Sequence record: SRR20825006_860
Length of the DNA: 61,528 nucleotides
Reading direction: 5' to 3' (one strand)
A program made the position numbers and the translations under genes. Of this stretch, positions 9,801-18,837 are shown in pieces. Position 1 is the first letter of the stretch. Each line of letters starts with the position of its first letter. The notes below the pieces were generated by a model that saw only the letters and a program-made list of their open reading frames with translations, made no database searches and was not told the origin of the DNA.

Positions 9801-10630
9801 ACTCCGAAATGATCTCGATTGATGCGCTGTCTGCAGACGCGCAGGAGGCCGAAGCCGGCGATCTCTTTACGGTCGATGTTGGCGGTTATGAAGGCCCGCT
9901 TCATCTGTTGCTGGAGCTTGCCCGCCGGCAGAAGGTCGACCTGCTGCATCTGTCGATCCTGTCGCTGGCAGAGCAATACCTCGACTTCATCGAAGAGGCG
10001 AAGTCTCAGCGCATCGATCTGGCGGCCGACTATCTTCTGATGGCGTCTTGGCTGGCCTTCATGAAATCGCGCCTTTTGTTGCCGAAGCCGGAAAAGGCCG
10101 CGGAAGACGAACCAACTGGCGAAGAAATGGCAGCGCGGCTGGCCTTTCGCCTGAAGCGGCTTGATGCCATGCGCGGGGCCGTCGAAGAACTCGAAGCGGG
10201 GCCTATTCTCGACAATGTGGTCTTCCTGCGCGGTGCGCCGGTACAGCCCAAAGTCGTCAAGCACACTGAATACAAAGCGTCGCTGTACGAGCTGACACAA
10301 GCCTTCGGGACGATTCGCGATCGCCGCGAAAAGGAACGCCCGCACACGATTGAGCAACAGCTTGTTTTGCCGCTGGAACTGGCGCGAACAACACTGCGCG
10401 CACTCAGGCAACAGTTAGAGCAGTGGTCTTCGCTGGACGAGATCCGCTCAACCATGACAGACGTGGACCCGGAATTGCCGCCTCGGTCTGTCACCGCAAG
10501 TGTCTTCTCGGCTGCATTGGAACTCGCCCGCGATGGCGAAGTCGATGTGCGCCAGGACGAGCACTTTGCGCCACTTTACCTGCGCAATGCGGGTATCAGA
10601 CCGGAAGGGGGCAGAGATGCAACCGCTTGA
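9797..10630 (+). CDS. scpA: Segregation and condensation protein A (kleisin)
   Basis: YEGPLHLLLELARRQKVDL, AADYLLMASWLAFMKSRLLLP, FSAALELA...QDEHFAPLYL. Confidence 0.95.
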   Translation: MNSEMISIDALSADAQEAEAGDLFTVDVGGYEGPLHLLLELARRQKVDLLHLSILSLAEQYLDFIEEAKSQRIDLAADYLLMASWLAFMKSRLLLPKPEKAAEDEPTGEEMAARLAFRLKRLDAMRGAVEELEAGPILDNVVFLRGAPVQPKVVKHTEYKASLYELTQAFGTIRDRREKERPHTIEQQLVLPLELARTTLRALRQQLEQWSSLDEIRSTMTDVDPELPPRSVTASVFSAALELARDGEVDVRQDEHFAPLYLRNAGIRPEGGRDATA

Positions 10631-11639
10631 GAAGTACTTGATGACTGACGACACTCCTGAAACAGAACGCGACGCGGTTGCGCAGTTGGCGTTTGCCTAT
10701 CGTCGTTCCGAAGAGGCCCTGACCGAAGGCGCCAGCGAAGCGCTGGTCGAGGGTATCCGCCGTGCTGAAGCCATCCTGTTTGCCGCTGGCGAGCCGCTGA
10801 GCGCCGAGCAGATTGCCGAGACTTTGCCGCACGGCGTCGAAGCGGCCGAAGTGTTGATGGCGCTCCGGGCACAATATGTGAACCGTGGGGTCAATCTGGT
10901 CGAAGTCGCGGGCAAATGGCGCTTCCAGACGGCTTCCGATCTTTCCTATTTGTTTGTGGAAGAGCGTCAGGTTCAGAAAAAACTGAGCCAGGCGACGCTC
11001 GAGACGCTGGCGATTATTGCCTATGGCCAGCCGGTCACGCGAGCTGAAGTTGAGGCAGTGCGCGGCGTTGCGGTGTCAAAGACAACAATCGATACATTGC
11101 TGGAAACCGGCTGGGTGAAGATCAAGGGCCGCCGCAAAACCCCGGGTCAACCAATCACCTATGGCACGACCGATGCCTTCATGGAGCATTTCGGGCTGGA
11201 AAGCCTCGACACATTGCCGGGCAAAGCCGATCTCGAAGCCGAGGGGCTATTGTCGGATGTTATTCCGGACGGTTTCCAGATGCCGGACGAGGAAGCCCTG
11301 AACGGCGAAGAAGCGCCAGAGGTGGAGTCCCCTGAGATCGCGGAGACAGAATCTTTCGTCACAGACTTCATGGAAGAAGGCGATGACGAGGATTCAGAGA
11401 CCGATGAGGGTGTCAGCCTGGAAATGGCTTCGTCAGACAATGGCATTGATGCTCAGGCCGATCTCGATGGCGAAGATGATGCTTCCGTCAGTGTGTTCTC
11501 CTATACGCGCGCACCGGAACGTGCGCAGTCTGATGTTGATGAGTTCGACAGCGGTGATGTGAAAGCGGCCGTGATCCAGCTGGCAAAGCAGCCGCGTATT
11601 CCGGAGCAGCCCATGGATGCATGGGATGATGACGAATAG
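10617..11639 (+). CDS. scpB: Segregation and condensation protein B with long acidic C-terminal tail
   Basis: EAILFAAGEPLS, LSQATLETLAIIAYGQPVTRAEVEAVRGV, YGTTDAFMEHFGL; start could also be 10641. Confidence 0.93.
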   Translation: MQPLEKYLMTDDTPETERDAVAQLAFAYRRSEEALTEGASEALVEGIRRAEAILFAAGEPLSAEQIAETLPHGVEAAEVLMALRAQYVNRGVNLVEVAGKWRFQTASDLSYLFVEERQVQKKLSQATLETLAIIAYGQPVTRAEVEAVRGVAVSKTTIDTLLETGWVKIKGRRKTPGQPITYGTTDAFMEHFGLESLDTLPGKADLEAEGLLSDVIPDGFQMPDEEALNGEEAPEVESPEIAETESFVTDFMEEGDDEDSETDEGVSLEMASSDNGIDAQADLDGEDDASVSVFSYTRAPERAQSDVDEFDSGDVKAAVIQLAKQPRIPEQPMDAWDDDE

Positions 11640-11650
11640 ATAGTGCTTGG

Positions 11651-12934
11651 GTGCGGATGATGCCTGTCACTCTCCTTCAACGCTTTACGTCGAAGGAAGC
11701 GATCTGGTTTTACGCTCTGTTCGCGGTACTGATCTTGCCTGCGGTGCTGAACGGATTCCCGCTGGTGATGTCTGACTCCATAGCCTATTCAGGGAAGGGG
11801 GCAAACTGGTTCAGGGGCAAGTTTCCGGCCCTGCTGCTGACGCTGCCTTACAAACTGGTTGGGTATTGGGCGATGCCAATCCTCAATAGCGCAATGGTTG
11901 CGGGCGCATGGATTCTATTGTTCCGCGTTTACGATATTCGCCCCAGCCGCATAGTGTTGTGTATACTGATTGTGCTCAGCCTGCAGCCGATCTATACGAG
12001 CGCAGTCCTGGTCGATGCGTGGTTCTTTCCAGCGATCATGCTGCTCCTGTCTGCACGTAAGCTTCCAGAAGTATATGTGGGAATTTTAGCTGGCCTGCTT
12101 TTGTCAGGTCACGGATCAGGACAGATTTTTGCTCTTGTTTTCGCTGTGCTGGCGGCGGTGCTTTTCCGTTCGAGGCGGCAAGTCGTGGCTGGCATGGTTG
12201 CCGCGGTCATCGCTTTTGGCATGAACGTGCTGCTTGATGCCATGATCATGCCTGAGACGCCGCGACTTTCGAAAACGTTTCCCGCCGCCCGGGTGTTCTC
12301 GGTCCAGCCGGAATTGCTGCGGAGGGAAGCAGACCGGTCCGGAAATCTGGTTCTGTCTGAAGCCGCTGACGAAGTGGCGAGGATTAAAACCTATCCAGAG
12401 AACAAAGGTCGGCGTGATCTGTTCTGGGATGTCTGGATGACCTCAGAGGGCGAATTCGACTTGGCCACGTTTGAGGAGCACCATGCGCTTCCCATACTCA
12501 AGGATGCATTCATGTTTGAGCCTGTACCCTTGGCCCGTACCATCTTTTTGGATTTTCTGAGCTATTATGGGCCAGCAACCCAATTCGATTTCCAACCTGT
12601 CTTGTCAGAGCCTTTTCCAGAACCGTTCTACGCCTCACATCAGGCGAAGGGATTTTTTGCGGCGGTGCCGGTGGAGTTGGGCGCGACGGTCTTGAGGTAT
12701 GGGTGCTATCTTGCATTTGCCGCCGCACTATTCTTCGGTTGGAGACGGACTGGTGCAGATATTCGTAGAACCATCATAGGTATTGGATTGATCGCCATCG
12801 CCAATGACGCGCTGTTTGCCCTTCTGTCGGGTCCACCCGACCGGTATCATCATCGAATACTGCCACTACTTGCGATCGGGACCGTCTTGCTGATTTCGGG
12901 CAGGGTCAAGCAGCCGGTCGAGGCGCCAGCCTGA
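11651..12934 (+). CDS. Uncharacterised polytopic membrane protein (GT-C fold-like architecture)
   Basis: About 10 hydrophobic segments, DS-x-x-Y in the first loop (NGFPLVMSDSIAY), one large soluble loop, C-terminal SGPPDRY motif. Confidence 0.65.
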   Translation: MRMMPVTLLQRFTSKEAIWFYALFAVLILPAVLNGFPLVMSDSIAYSGKGANWFRGKFPALLLTLPYKLVGYWAMPILNSAMVAGAWILLFRVYDIRPSRIVLCILIVLSLQPIYTSAVLVDAWFFPAIMLLLSARKLPEVYVGILAGLLLSGHGSGQIFALVFAVLAAVLFRSRRQVVAGMVAAVIAFGMNVLLDAMIMPETPRLSKTFPAARVFSVQPELLRREADRSGNLVLSEAADEVARIKTYPENKGRRDLFWDVWMTSEGEFDLATFEEHHALPILKDAFMFEPVPLARTIFLDFLSYYGPATQFDFQPVLSEPFPEPFYASHQAKGFFAAVPVELGATVLRYGCYLAFAAALFFGWRRTGADIRRTIIGIGLIAIANDALFALLSGPPDRYHHRILPLLAIGTVLLISGRVKQPVEAPA

Positions 12935-13514
12935 AGCGGCGCTCATGCTGAAACTGACCGATAATGTCGTCCTCGGACGTTCCCCAACCCATATTATGAA
13001 TGACCATAGGGCGTCCCGTCCGTGTGGTCTTGTCAGAAACAATCCCGATATGAGGAAGGCTCTCCTTGTATCGCATCGTATAGAGATCGCCTGCCTTCCA
13101 GCCTGTATCGTCTGGCGGCGTTGACAGGGCGAGGCCGTGGCGTTCGATATATTTTTCCAGATTTGGTACGCGACGATGGTCGATATTGCGGTCAGGGCGG
13201 GTCAGGCCCCAGATTGTCGGATACTTGCTGAAAGCGTTGGTCATGTCTTCATGAACAAGTTGCTGTAAGTCCATTGCGAACGCATCGCGATAGGCCCTCA
13301 CAATCACATCGGTGCACACGCCCCGCGATCTTTCCACATCTCCCATCGGATAGGAGAGGTGGGCATAGGCCGGGTCATACATGCGTGTGATCCCGATCTG
13401 GGATCTCGCAGCAAATGCGAGGCGAGTCTGCCACGGAAGCGTTCTCTGCCCGAGGCGGATCGGCGCAAGCGGAACACTGAAACCTCCCAAGATGGCGGCA
13501 CGACGTGTGAGCAT
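12906..13514 (-). CDS. DUF1287 (YijF-like) protein with Tat-like signal
   Basis: YDPAY-x3-YPMGDV, GVCTDVIVRAYR, DRNIDHRRVPNL, PHIGIV, HNMG; start MLTRRAAILG. Confidence 0.85.
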   Translation of the reverse strand: MLTRRAAILGGFSVPLAPIRLGQRTLPWQTRLAFAARSQIGITRMYDPAYAHLSYPMGDVERSRGVCTDVIVRAYRDAFAMDLQQLVHEDMTNAFSKYPTIWGLTRPDRNIDHRRVPNLEKYIERHGLALSTPPDDTGWKAGDLYTMRYKESLPHIGIVSDKTTRTGRPMVIHNMGWGTSEDDIIGQFQHERRFRLAPRPAA

Positions 13515-13557
13515 GATCTCATTGCGCCATACCGATCCGGCAGGAATAGGGCCGAAA

Positions 13558-14229
13558 TTAGAAGCCGTGCAGTTCTGCGATCTCTTCCAATGGTGCACGC
13601 TCGGCCCGCAATGTGTTTACCGGATGGGATGGATCGGGCTTTCCGACCGCCATCGCGCACCAGACCATTTCGGTATCTGCCAGTTTGAAATGGTCTTTCA
13701 GGGCGGGGCGCAGCATGCCCCAGCATTCTTGCATGCACGTCCCCCAGCCACGCTCTTCCGCGAGCAGTGCCAGGGTTTGAAGGTACATGCCAGTGTGACC
13801 CCACTGACCATGTCCCATCCGCTCATCGATGACGATGAATGTCGCCACGGGGGCGTCAAAGAAACGGAAATTGTTGGCGAACCAGGCGATGCGCGCTGCG
13901 CGATCCTCTCGCGGAATGCCAAGCGTTTCGTACATCATCTCGCCCACTTTGCGGCGGCGCGCTTCGTGGGGCTCCCAGAGGTCTTTCGGGTAAATGGGGC
14001 GATCTGTTGGCTGACCCTTTGGGTTTGCAGCCAGTACAGGCGCGGCCATGCTGATGACGGCATCCTTGGCGTCGCCAGTGACGACAATGGTTCGCCAAGG
14101 CTGTGTGTTGCCGCCGGAGGGCGCCCGCTGGGCCTGATTCAGCCACTCGCGGATATCGGCTTCAGAAAGTGCATCGGGCTTGAAGGCCCGTGTGGAGATA
14201 CGTTGCGCGACTGCCTGTGATACGTCCAT
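13558..14229 (-). CDS. Nitroreductase family protein
   Basis: RISTRAF, APSGGNTQPW, FRFFDAP, GMYLQTLALLA. Confidence 0.92.
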   Translation of the reverse strand: MDVSQAVAQRISTRAFKPDALSEADIREWLNQAQRAPSGGNTQPWRTIVVTGDAKDAVISMAAPVLAANPKGQPTDRPIYPKDLWEPHEARRRKVGEMMYETLGIPREDRAARIAWFANNFRFFDAPVATFIVIDERMGHGQWGHTGMYLQTLALLAEERGWGTCMQECWGMLRPALKDHFKLADTEMVWCAMAVGKPDPSHPVNTLRAERAPLEEIAELHGF

Positions 14230-14291
14230 GAAAAAACCTCCCATCTGGTCTGATGGGAGGTTTATCGTCTTGGCGTGGCGTCAGCCAAAAC

Positions 14292-15623
14292 TTATTTGCC
14301 GTGCAGGACCACTGGCATCCATGTGTACCCCTTCACGAAGCCGCCCGCAGAAAAGGATGGTTCGTCGAGCACTTCGATATGGCTGAAGCGTTCCATCAAT
14401 TCTTGCCAGAGGATTTGCAGCTGTAGTTCTGCGAGACGGTTGCCGACGCAGCGATGGATACCGAAGCCGAACGAGATATGCCGACGGGCATCGGGACGGT
14501 CGATGATATAGTCATTCGGACGGTCCCAGAAGCGTTCGTCCCGGTTGCCTGAGACATACCACATGGCAACCTGGTCGCCCTTCTTGATGGTCTGGCCGTG
14601 CATCTCGACGTCTTCGAGCGCCGTGCGGCGCATGTGAGCCAGCGGCGTCTGCCAGCGGATCGTTTCGGAGACCATGTTCGGGATCAGCGACAGGTCTGCT
14701 TTCAGCTTGTCATATTCTGCTGGGAACTTGTTCAGCGCGTAGACCGAAGCGGTCATCGAGTTTCGGGTCGTGTCATTGCCGCCCACGATGAGCAGAATGA
14801 CGTTCCCGAGCAGTTCCATTGGCGTCATGTTGCGGGTCTTCTCACCATGCGCGAGCAGGCTGATCAGATCGTTCTTCTGCGGCTGCGCGCCACGCTCCTG
14901 GAAGATCTGCATGAAAGTGGCGAGACATTCCATCATTTCGCGCTTCCACTGTTCTTCCCCGCCGGGGCAGATGTCCGGATTGTTCATGCCGGTCGCCATG
15001 TCGGACCAATGGGTCAGGTCGCGACGTTTTTCGAATGGATAGTCGAACAGTGTGGCCAGCATCATCGTGGTCAGCTCGATGGAGACGGTGTCGACCCAGT
15101 CGAACGGCTCACCAACCGGAAGGGAGTCGAGCAGGCCCTGGGTCCGCGAGCGGATCAGTGGCTCGAATTCCTTGAGCATGTTTGGGGCAACGGCTGGCTG
15201 GACCGTCTTGCGCTGTTCAGAGTGGCGCGGTTCATCCATTGCGATGAACATCGGCAGCTCAAAATCTTCCGGTGGGCTGCCCAGCGTGATGCCGCCATGT
15301 TCCCAGCTGGAAGAGAAGCGTTTGTGGTCGGTATCGACCGCCATGATGTCTTCATAGCGGGTGATCGACCAGAACGGGCCGACAAAGGAGTCAGCTGTAT
15401 AATGCACGGGGGCTTCATTGCGCAGTCGCTCGAAACGATCCCACATCGCCTGTTGCCGCCAGAGTTCCGGATCCTCGGGGTGCAGCTCCGCAAGAGGCAG
15501 CGAACTGGCAGGCGGTGCCTTTTCGCCAATTTCGAGATAGCCTTCGAAGAGCGGATCACGGTGAGTGATCTTCGGGCGCTCCAGGGCAGGGTGATCAAGC
15601 AGGTGAACCGTATCAGCAGCCAT
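14292..15623 (-). CDS. Cytochrome P450, CYP153-like
   Basis: MFIAMDEP, LLIVGGNDTTRNS (I-helix), ETIRWQTP (ExxR), HISFGFGIHRCVG (heme Cys). Confidence 0.93.
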   Translation of the reverse strand: MAADTVHLLDHPALERPKITHRDPLFEGYLEIGEKAPPASSLPLAELHPEDPELWRQQAMWDRFERLRNEAPVHYTADSFVGPFWSITRYEDIMAVDTDHKRFSSSWEHGGITLGSPPEDFELPMFIAMDEPRHSEQRKTVQPAVAPNMLKEFEPLIRSRTQGLLDSLPVGEPFDWVDTVSIELTTMMLATLFDYPFEKRRDLTHWSDMATGMNNPDICPGGEEQWKREMMECLATFMQIFQERGAQPQKNDLISLLAHGEKTRNMTPMELLGNVILLIVGGNDTTRNSMTASVYALNKFPAEYDKLKADLSLIPNMVSETIRWQTPLAHMRRTALEDVEMHGQTIKKGDQVAMWYVSGNRDERFWDRPNDYIIDRPDARRHISFGFGIHRCVGNRLAELQLQILWQELMERFSHIEVLDEPSFSAGGFVKGYTWMPVVLHGK

Positions 15624-15664
15624 CAATTTTCCTCCGACAGTAAGCCTTTGTCTCAGGCTCGATT

Positions 15665-15723
15665 TATGACGTCGGCGTCACCTTAACACGGCTATTCTGA
15701 AAAAACTATGACGCAGGCGTCAT
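15665..15723. promoter_or_regulatory. Tandem palindromic operators TATGACG-NN-GGCGTCA upstream of the P450
   Basis: TATGACGtcGGCGTCA at 15665-15680 and TATGACGcaGGCGTCA at 15707-15722; 42-bp period. Confidence 0.7.
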
Positions 15724-16214
15724 TTTTTTGCGATATGCCGTTCGCGTTTTGCATTCTGTAGTGCTGCGCGTGTCGCGCGGGCCAGCGACTTTCGTTCTGG
15801 CAAGGTCAGGAAACGCCCAATGACATAGGCGGTCTGGCCGTATTCAACCCGCAACCAGCTATCCGCGTTCAGCGGCTCATCGAGTTCGATTCTCGCGAAG
15901 GCGGACGGCACAGTCGCTGACTTCTCGCTGCCATTGGCGCCTTTGTGAGTTAACCGCAGCTCTTCAGCTGTCACGACGATTCGGGTTTCTTCCCGCTGTT
16001 GTCGGAAGGACATGCGAAATGCAAAGTAGAAGGCGAGGGCATCCAGACCAAAGAAGCCGATCACGGGGATGGCCCCCATCGAGATGAAGGCGATACCCGT
16101 CAGGAAGCTGACGCCGCCGACAATTGCCATGACGATGGCGAAGCCGCGCTGGCTGAGCGACTGATTGGGCCGAAGAACGGCGTCCATATAGATGATTTCG
16201 TTCGGCGCGCTCAT
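15720..16214 (-). CDS. DUF2244 family membrane protein
   Basis: DAVLRPNQSLSQRGF, GAIPVIGFFGLD, IGRFL-x2-PERKSLA; divergent from nth. Confidence 0.85.
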   Translation of the reverse strand: MSAPNEIIYMDAVLRPNQSLSQRGFAIVMAIVGGVSFLTGIAFISMGAIPVIGFFGLDALAFYFAFRMSFRQQREETRIVVTAEELRLTHKGANGSEKSATVPSAFARIELDEPLNADSWLRVEYGQTAYVIGRFLTLPERKSLARATRAALQNAKRERHIAKK

Positions 16215-16268
16215 ATGTCTAAAATAGCATGGCCTTGTGCGAAGGCGAGGGGGCATTAGACAGGCGGA

Positions 16269-16991
16269 ATGACACAGCTCAAATCCACCCCGAAAACCAA
16301 GAAGAAGCGCGCTCCGCGCGTTTTTGGACCCGAGAAGGCGACCGCGCTCTTTTCGGCACTTGCCGCAGATCGCCCGGATCCTCGCACAGAACTTGATTTC
16401 GTGAATCCGTACACGCTGGTCGTGGCTGTGGCCTTGTCGGCACAGGCCACCGATGTCGGGGTGAACAAAGCCACTGCGAAATTGTTCGCGCTTGCGGATA
16501 CGCCGGAAAAGATGCTGGCGCTGGGGGAGGCCGGCGTCGCGGAGCACATCAAGACGATTGGCTTGTGGCGCAATAAGGCCAAGAACGTCATCGCGCTGAG
16601 CCAGATGTTGCTGGATGAATTCGGCGGCGACGTGCCGCAAACGCGGGAAGAACTTGTGCGCTTGCCCGGTGTCGGCCGAAAGACCGCCAATGTGGTTTTG
16701 AACGAAGCCTTTGGGCACCACACAATTGCGGTCGACACGCACATTTTCCGCGTCTCGAATCGGACAGGGCTAGCCCCCGGCAAGACGCCGGACGAGGTCG
16801 AAGCCGGGCTGGAACGTGCGACGCCCGCCGACTTCAAGAAGGGCGCGCACCACTGGCTGATCCTGCACGGGCGGTATGTCTGCAAGGCGCGCAAACCCGA
16901 ATGCTGGCATTGCGCCATATCCGATTTGTGCCGGTTCAAACCCAAGACACCTGACCCGTCCGCTGTATCGTCTCTTGGTCCCAAAGCCTGA
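16269..16991 (+). CDS. nth: Endonuclease III
   Basis: LSAQATDVGVNKAT, HhH LPGVGRKTANVV, VDTHIFRV, C-x6-C-x2-C-x5-C Fe-S motif. Confidence 0.97.
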   Translation: MTQLKSTPKTKKKRAPRVFGPEKATALFSALAADRPDPRTELDFVNPYTLVVAVALSAQATDVGVNKATAKLFALADTPEKMLALGEAGVAEHIKTIGLWRNKAKNVIALSQMLLDEFGGDVPQTREELVRLPGVGRKTANVVLNEAFGHHTIAVDTHIFRVSNRTGLAPGKTPDEVEAGLERATPADFKKGAHHWLILHGRYVCKARKPECWHCAISDLCRFKPKTPDPSAVSSLGPKA

Positions 16992-17111
16992 CGGGTGGGG
17001 TGTGTCGCGACTGCACTACACGCGGCTTGCCTCCAGTTCGCCCAAATTTAACCAAATCACGGCCACCTCCAACCGACACCGCATCGCACAGGTAAAAATG
17101 GAGCGTACCGC

Positions 17112-17873
17112 ATGAACCGCATAGGAAAATTCGTCCTTGGCGCAGCCTCCTTCTGTCTTCTGTCCGGCCTGCCAGCTGTGGCTGAGGATGGCTGGTCGGG
17201 GGAGTCTTCCCTCAGCGCAGGACTGACAACCGGGAACACGGAAACGTCTGAAGCCGGTCTCGGCATCGACCTTGATCGCGGTGCCGGCGATTGGAATTTC
17301 GGGATTCAGCTCTCCGGGGACTACGGCAAGGAAGATGGCGTTGAGAGCCGTAACCGCTACTTCGGCGCGGTGGACCTGGAGCATGACTTCAACGACACGA
17401 TGTTCACTTTCGGACGGGCCTCCTATGAGGTCGACCAGTTTACCGGCTTCGACAGCCGTACTTTTGTTGGTGGGGGTGTCGGTTGGCATGTCCTGGATGA
17501 TGAAGACCATCATTGGACGGTGCGCGGCGGCCCTGGTTTCAAGATTGATGAAGTCAAACGTCAGATCACGACGGATAGCACCGGGGCTGTAACGATCACG
17601 CCGGCGAGTACTGAAGAGTCACTGGGTGCGGTAGCGCAGTCTGAGTATTTCTATGCCTTCAATGAGGCTGTGTCTCTGAGCAACAAGACCAATGTGGTCT
17701 ATGGCCAGGAATCCACTCAGATCAATAACAGTATCGGGCTGACCGCCGCGCTGAATGGCCACCTCGCGGCTCGCGTGTCCTTCGATGTGCGCCACGACAC
17801 TGCGCCTCAGCCAACCTATGAGGCAACCGATACCGCCACGAAATTCTCGCTCGTCTACACGCTCGGCGATTAA
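17112..17873 (+). CDS. DUF481/YdiY-like outer-membrane beta-barrel protein
   Basis: Signal peptide, WSG...GLTTGNT, YEVDQFTGFD, amphipathic beta strands, C-terminal SLVY. Confidence 0.8.
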   Translation: MNRIGKFVLGAASFCLLSGLPAVAEDGWSGESSLSAGLTTGNTETSEAGLGIDLDRGAGDWNFGIQLSGDYGKEDGVESRNRYFGAVDLEHDFNDTMFTFGRASYEVDQFTGFDSRTFVGGGVGWHVLDDEDHHWTVRGGPGFKIDEVKRQITTDSTGAVTITPASTEESLGAVAQSEYFYAFNEAVSLSNKTNVVYGQESTQINNSIGLTAALNGHLAARVSFDVRHDTAPQPTYEATDTATKFSLVYTLGD

Positions 17874-17879
17874 GGTCGC

Positions 17880-18755
17880 CTAACCCGCTTTTAGACGGGT
17901 CTCCACGGCCTTGGCGATAAGTCCTCCAAGACGTGCGCCCTGTTCCGGATAAAGATATGGCTCGATCAATTCGAGTTCCATCAGGAGCAGGGAGCCGTCA
18001 GGATGGCGCAGCATGTCGACCCGGGCGTATAGCGGGATGTCGTCGAGTAGACCGAGTATCGCCAGCGCTACTTCCAGATCCGCCCGGCTCGGCTCGATCG
18101 TTTCTTCCTGGCCGCCATAAGTCGACTGAATGCGATAGTCGCCGGGCTTGGCGCGCTTGATCAGCGCGTGCGACAGCTCACCATTTATGAAGATGAAGCT
18201 CAGTTCGCCTTCGGTCTGGATCGTCGACAGGAAGGGCTGCACCATCATTGGGTGTGGCATCCTGGGGGCTGGGTCATCTGAGTTCAGCAAGTGCTGACCG
18301 CTCGCCCCTGCGCCGACCTGACGCTTGAACACCAGCTTCGTTTCGCCGAGCGCGTCAAAGGCGCTTCGGTACTGATCGTCGGTCATCTCATCAATCCAGA
18401 GAGTCGGGATCAGATCTGCGCCGCGAGCTGCGAGATCCTTGAGATAGACCTTGTCGCTGTTCCAGCGGACCAGCGCGGCAGGATTGAACAAGCGTGTCTG
18501 AGCCTCAATGGTCTCAAGCGTGGTCAGAAATTCGTCCTGTCGGTCCCAATAATCCCACGTCGTGCCAATCAGCGCGGCGTCATGGTTTGACCAATCAACA
18601 GAACTATCGTCCCAACAGATATCCACAATGTCCATGCCACGCTCTGAGAATTCGGGTCTCAATGCGCGCATCATGTAATCGTGCTCGAACGCATCGGACC
18701 GCCGGATGGGAGAGCCGGGCTGGGTAACTTGGGAGGACAAATATGCAATTTTCAT
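17880..18755 (-). CDS. RimK/glutathione synthetase-like ATP-grasp protein
   Basis: TTWDYW, WNSDKVYL, MVQPFL, GELS, DYRIQSTYGG, YARVD, LMELELIEP. Confidence 0.85.
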   Translation of the reverse strand: MKIAYLSSQVTQPGSPIRRSDAFEHDYMMRALRPEFSERGMDIVDICWDDSSVDWSNHDAALIGTTWDYWDRQDEFLTTLETIEAQTRLFNPAALVRWNSDKVYLKDLAARGADLIPTLWIDEMTDDQYRSAFDALGETKLVFKRQVGAGASGQHLLNSDDPAPRMPHPMMVQPFLSTIQTEGELSFIFINGELSHALIKRAKPGDYRIQSTYGGQEETIEPSRADLEVALAILGLLDDIPLYARVDMLRHPDGSLLLMELELIEPYLYPEQGARLGGLIAKAVETRLKAG

Positions 18756-18837
18756 CCGCAGGCGTTTATCATGCGCAACTGTTGCGTCCAGCGGGCAGCT
18801 CTGGCAATTGGCGCCGAGCAATCAGGGAATCTGTGAA

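Noticed and set aside
14598..15686. 362-aa ORF antisense to the P450
   Set aside because: Shadow ORF typical of GC-rich coding DNA; no motifs.
17037..17052. TTCG-N7-TTAAC upstream of the DUF481 gene as a CtrA box
   Set aside because: Two mismatches in one half-site; too weak without conservation data.
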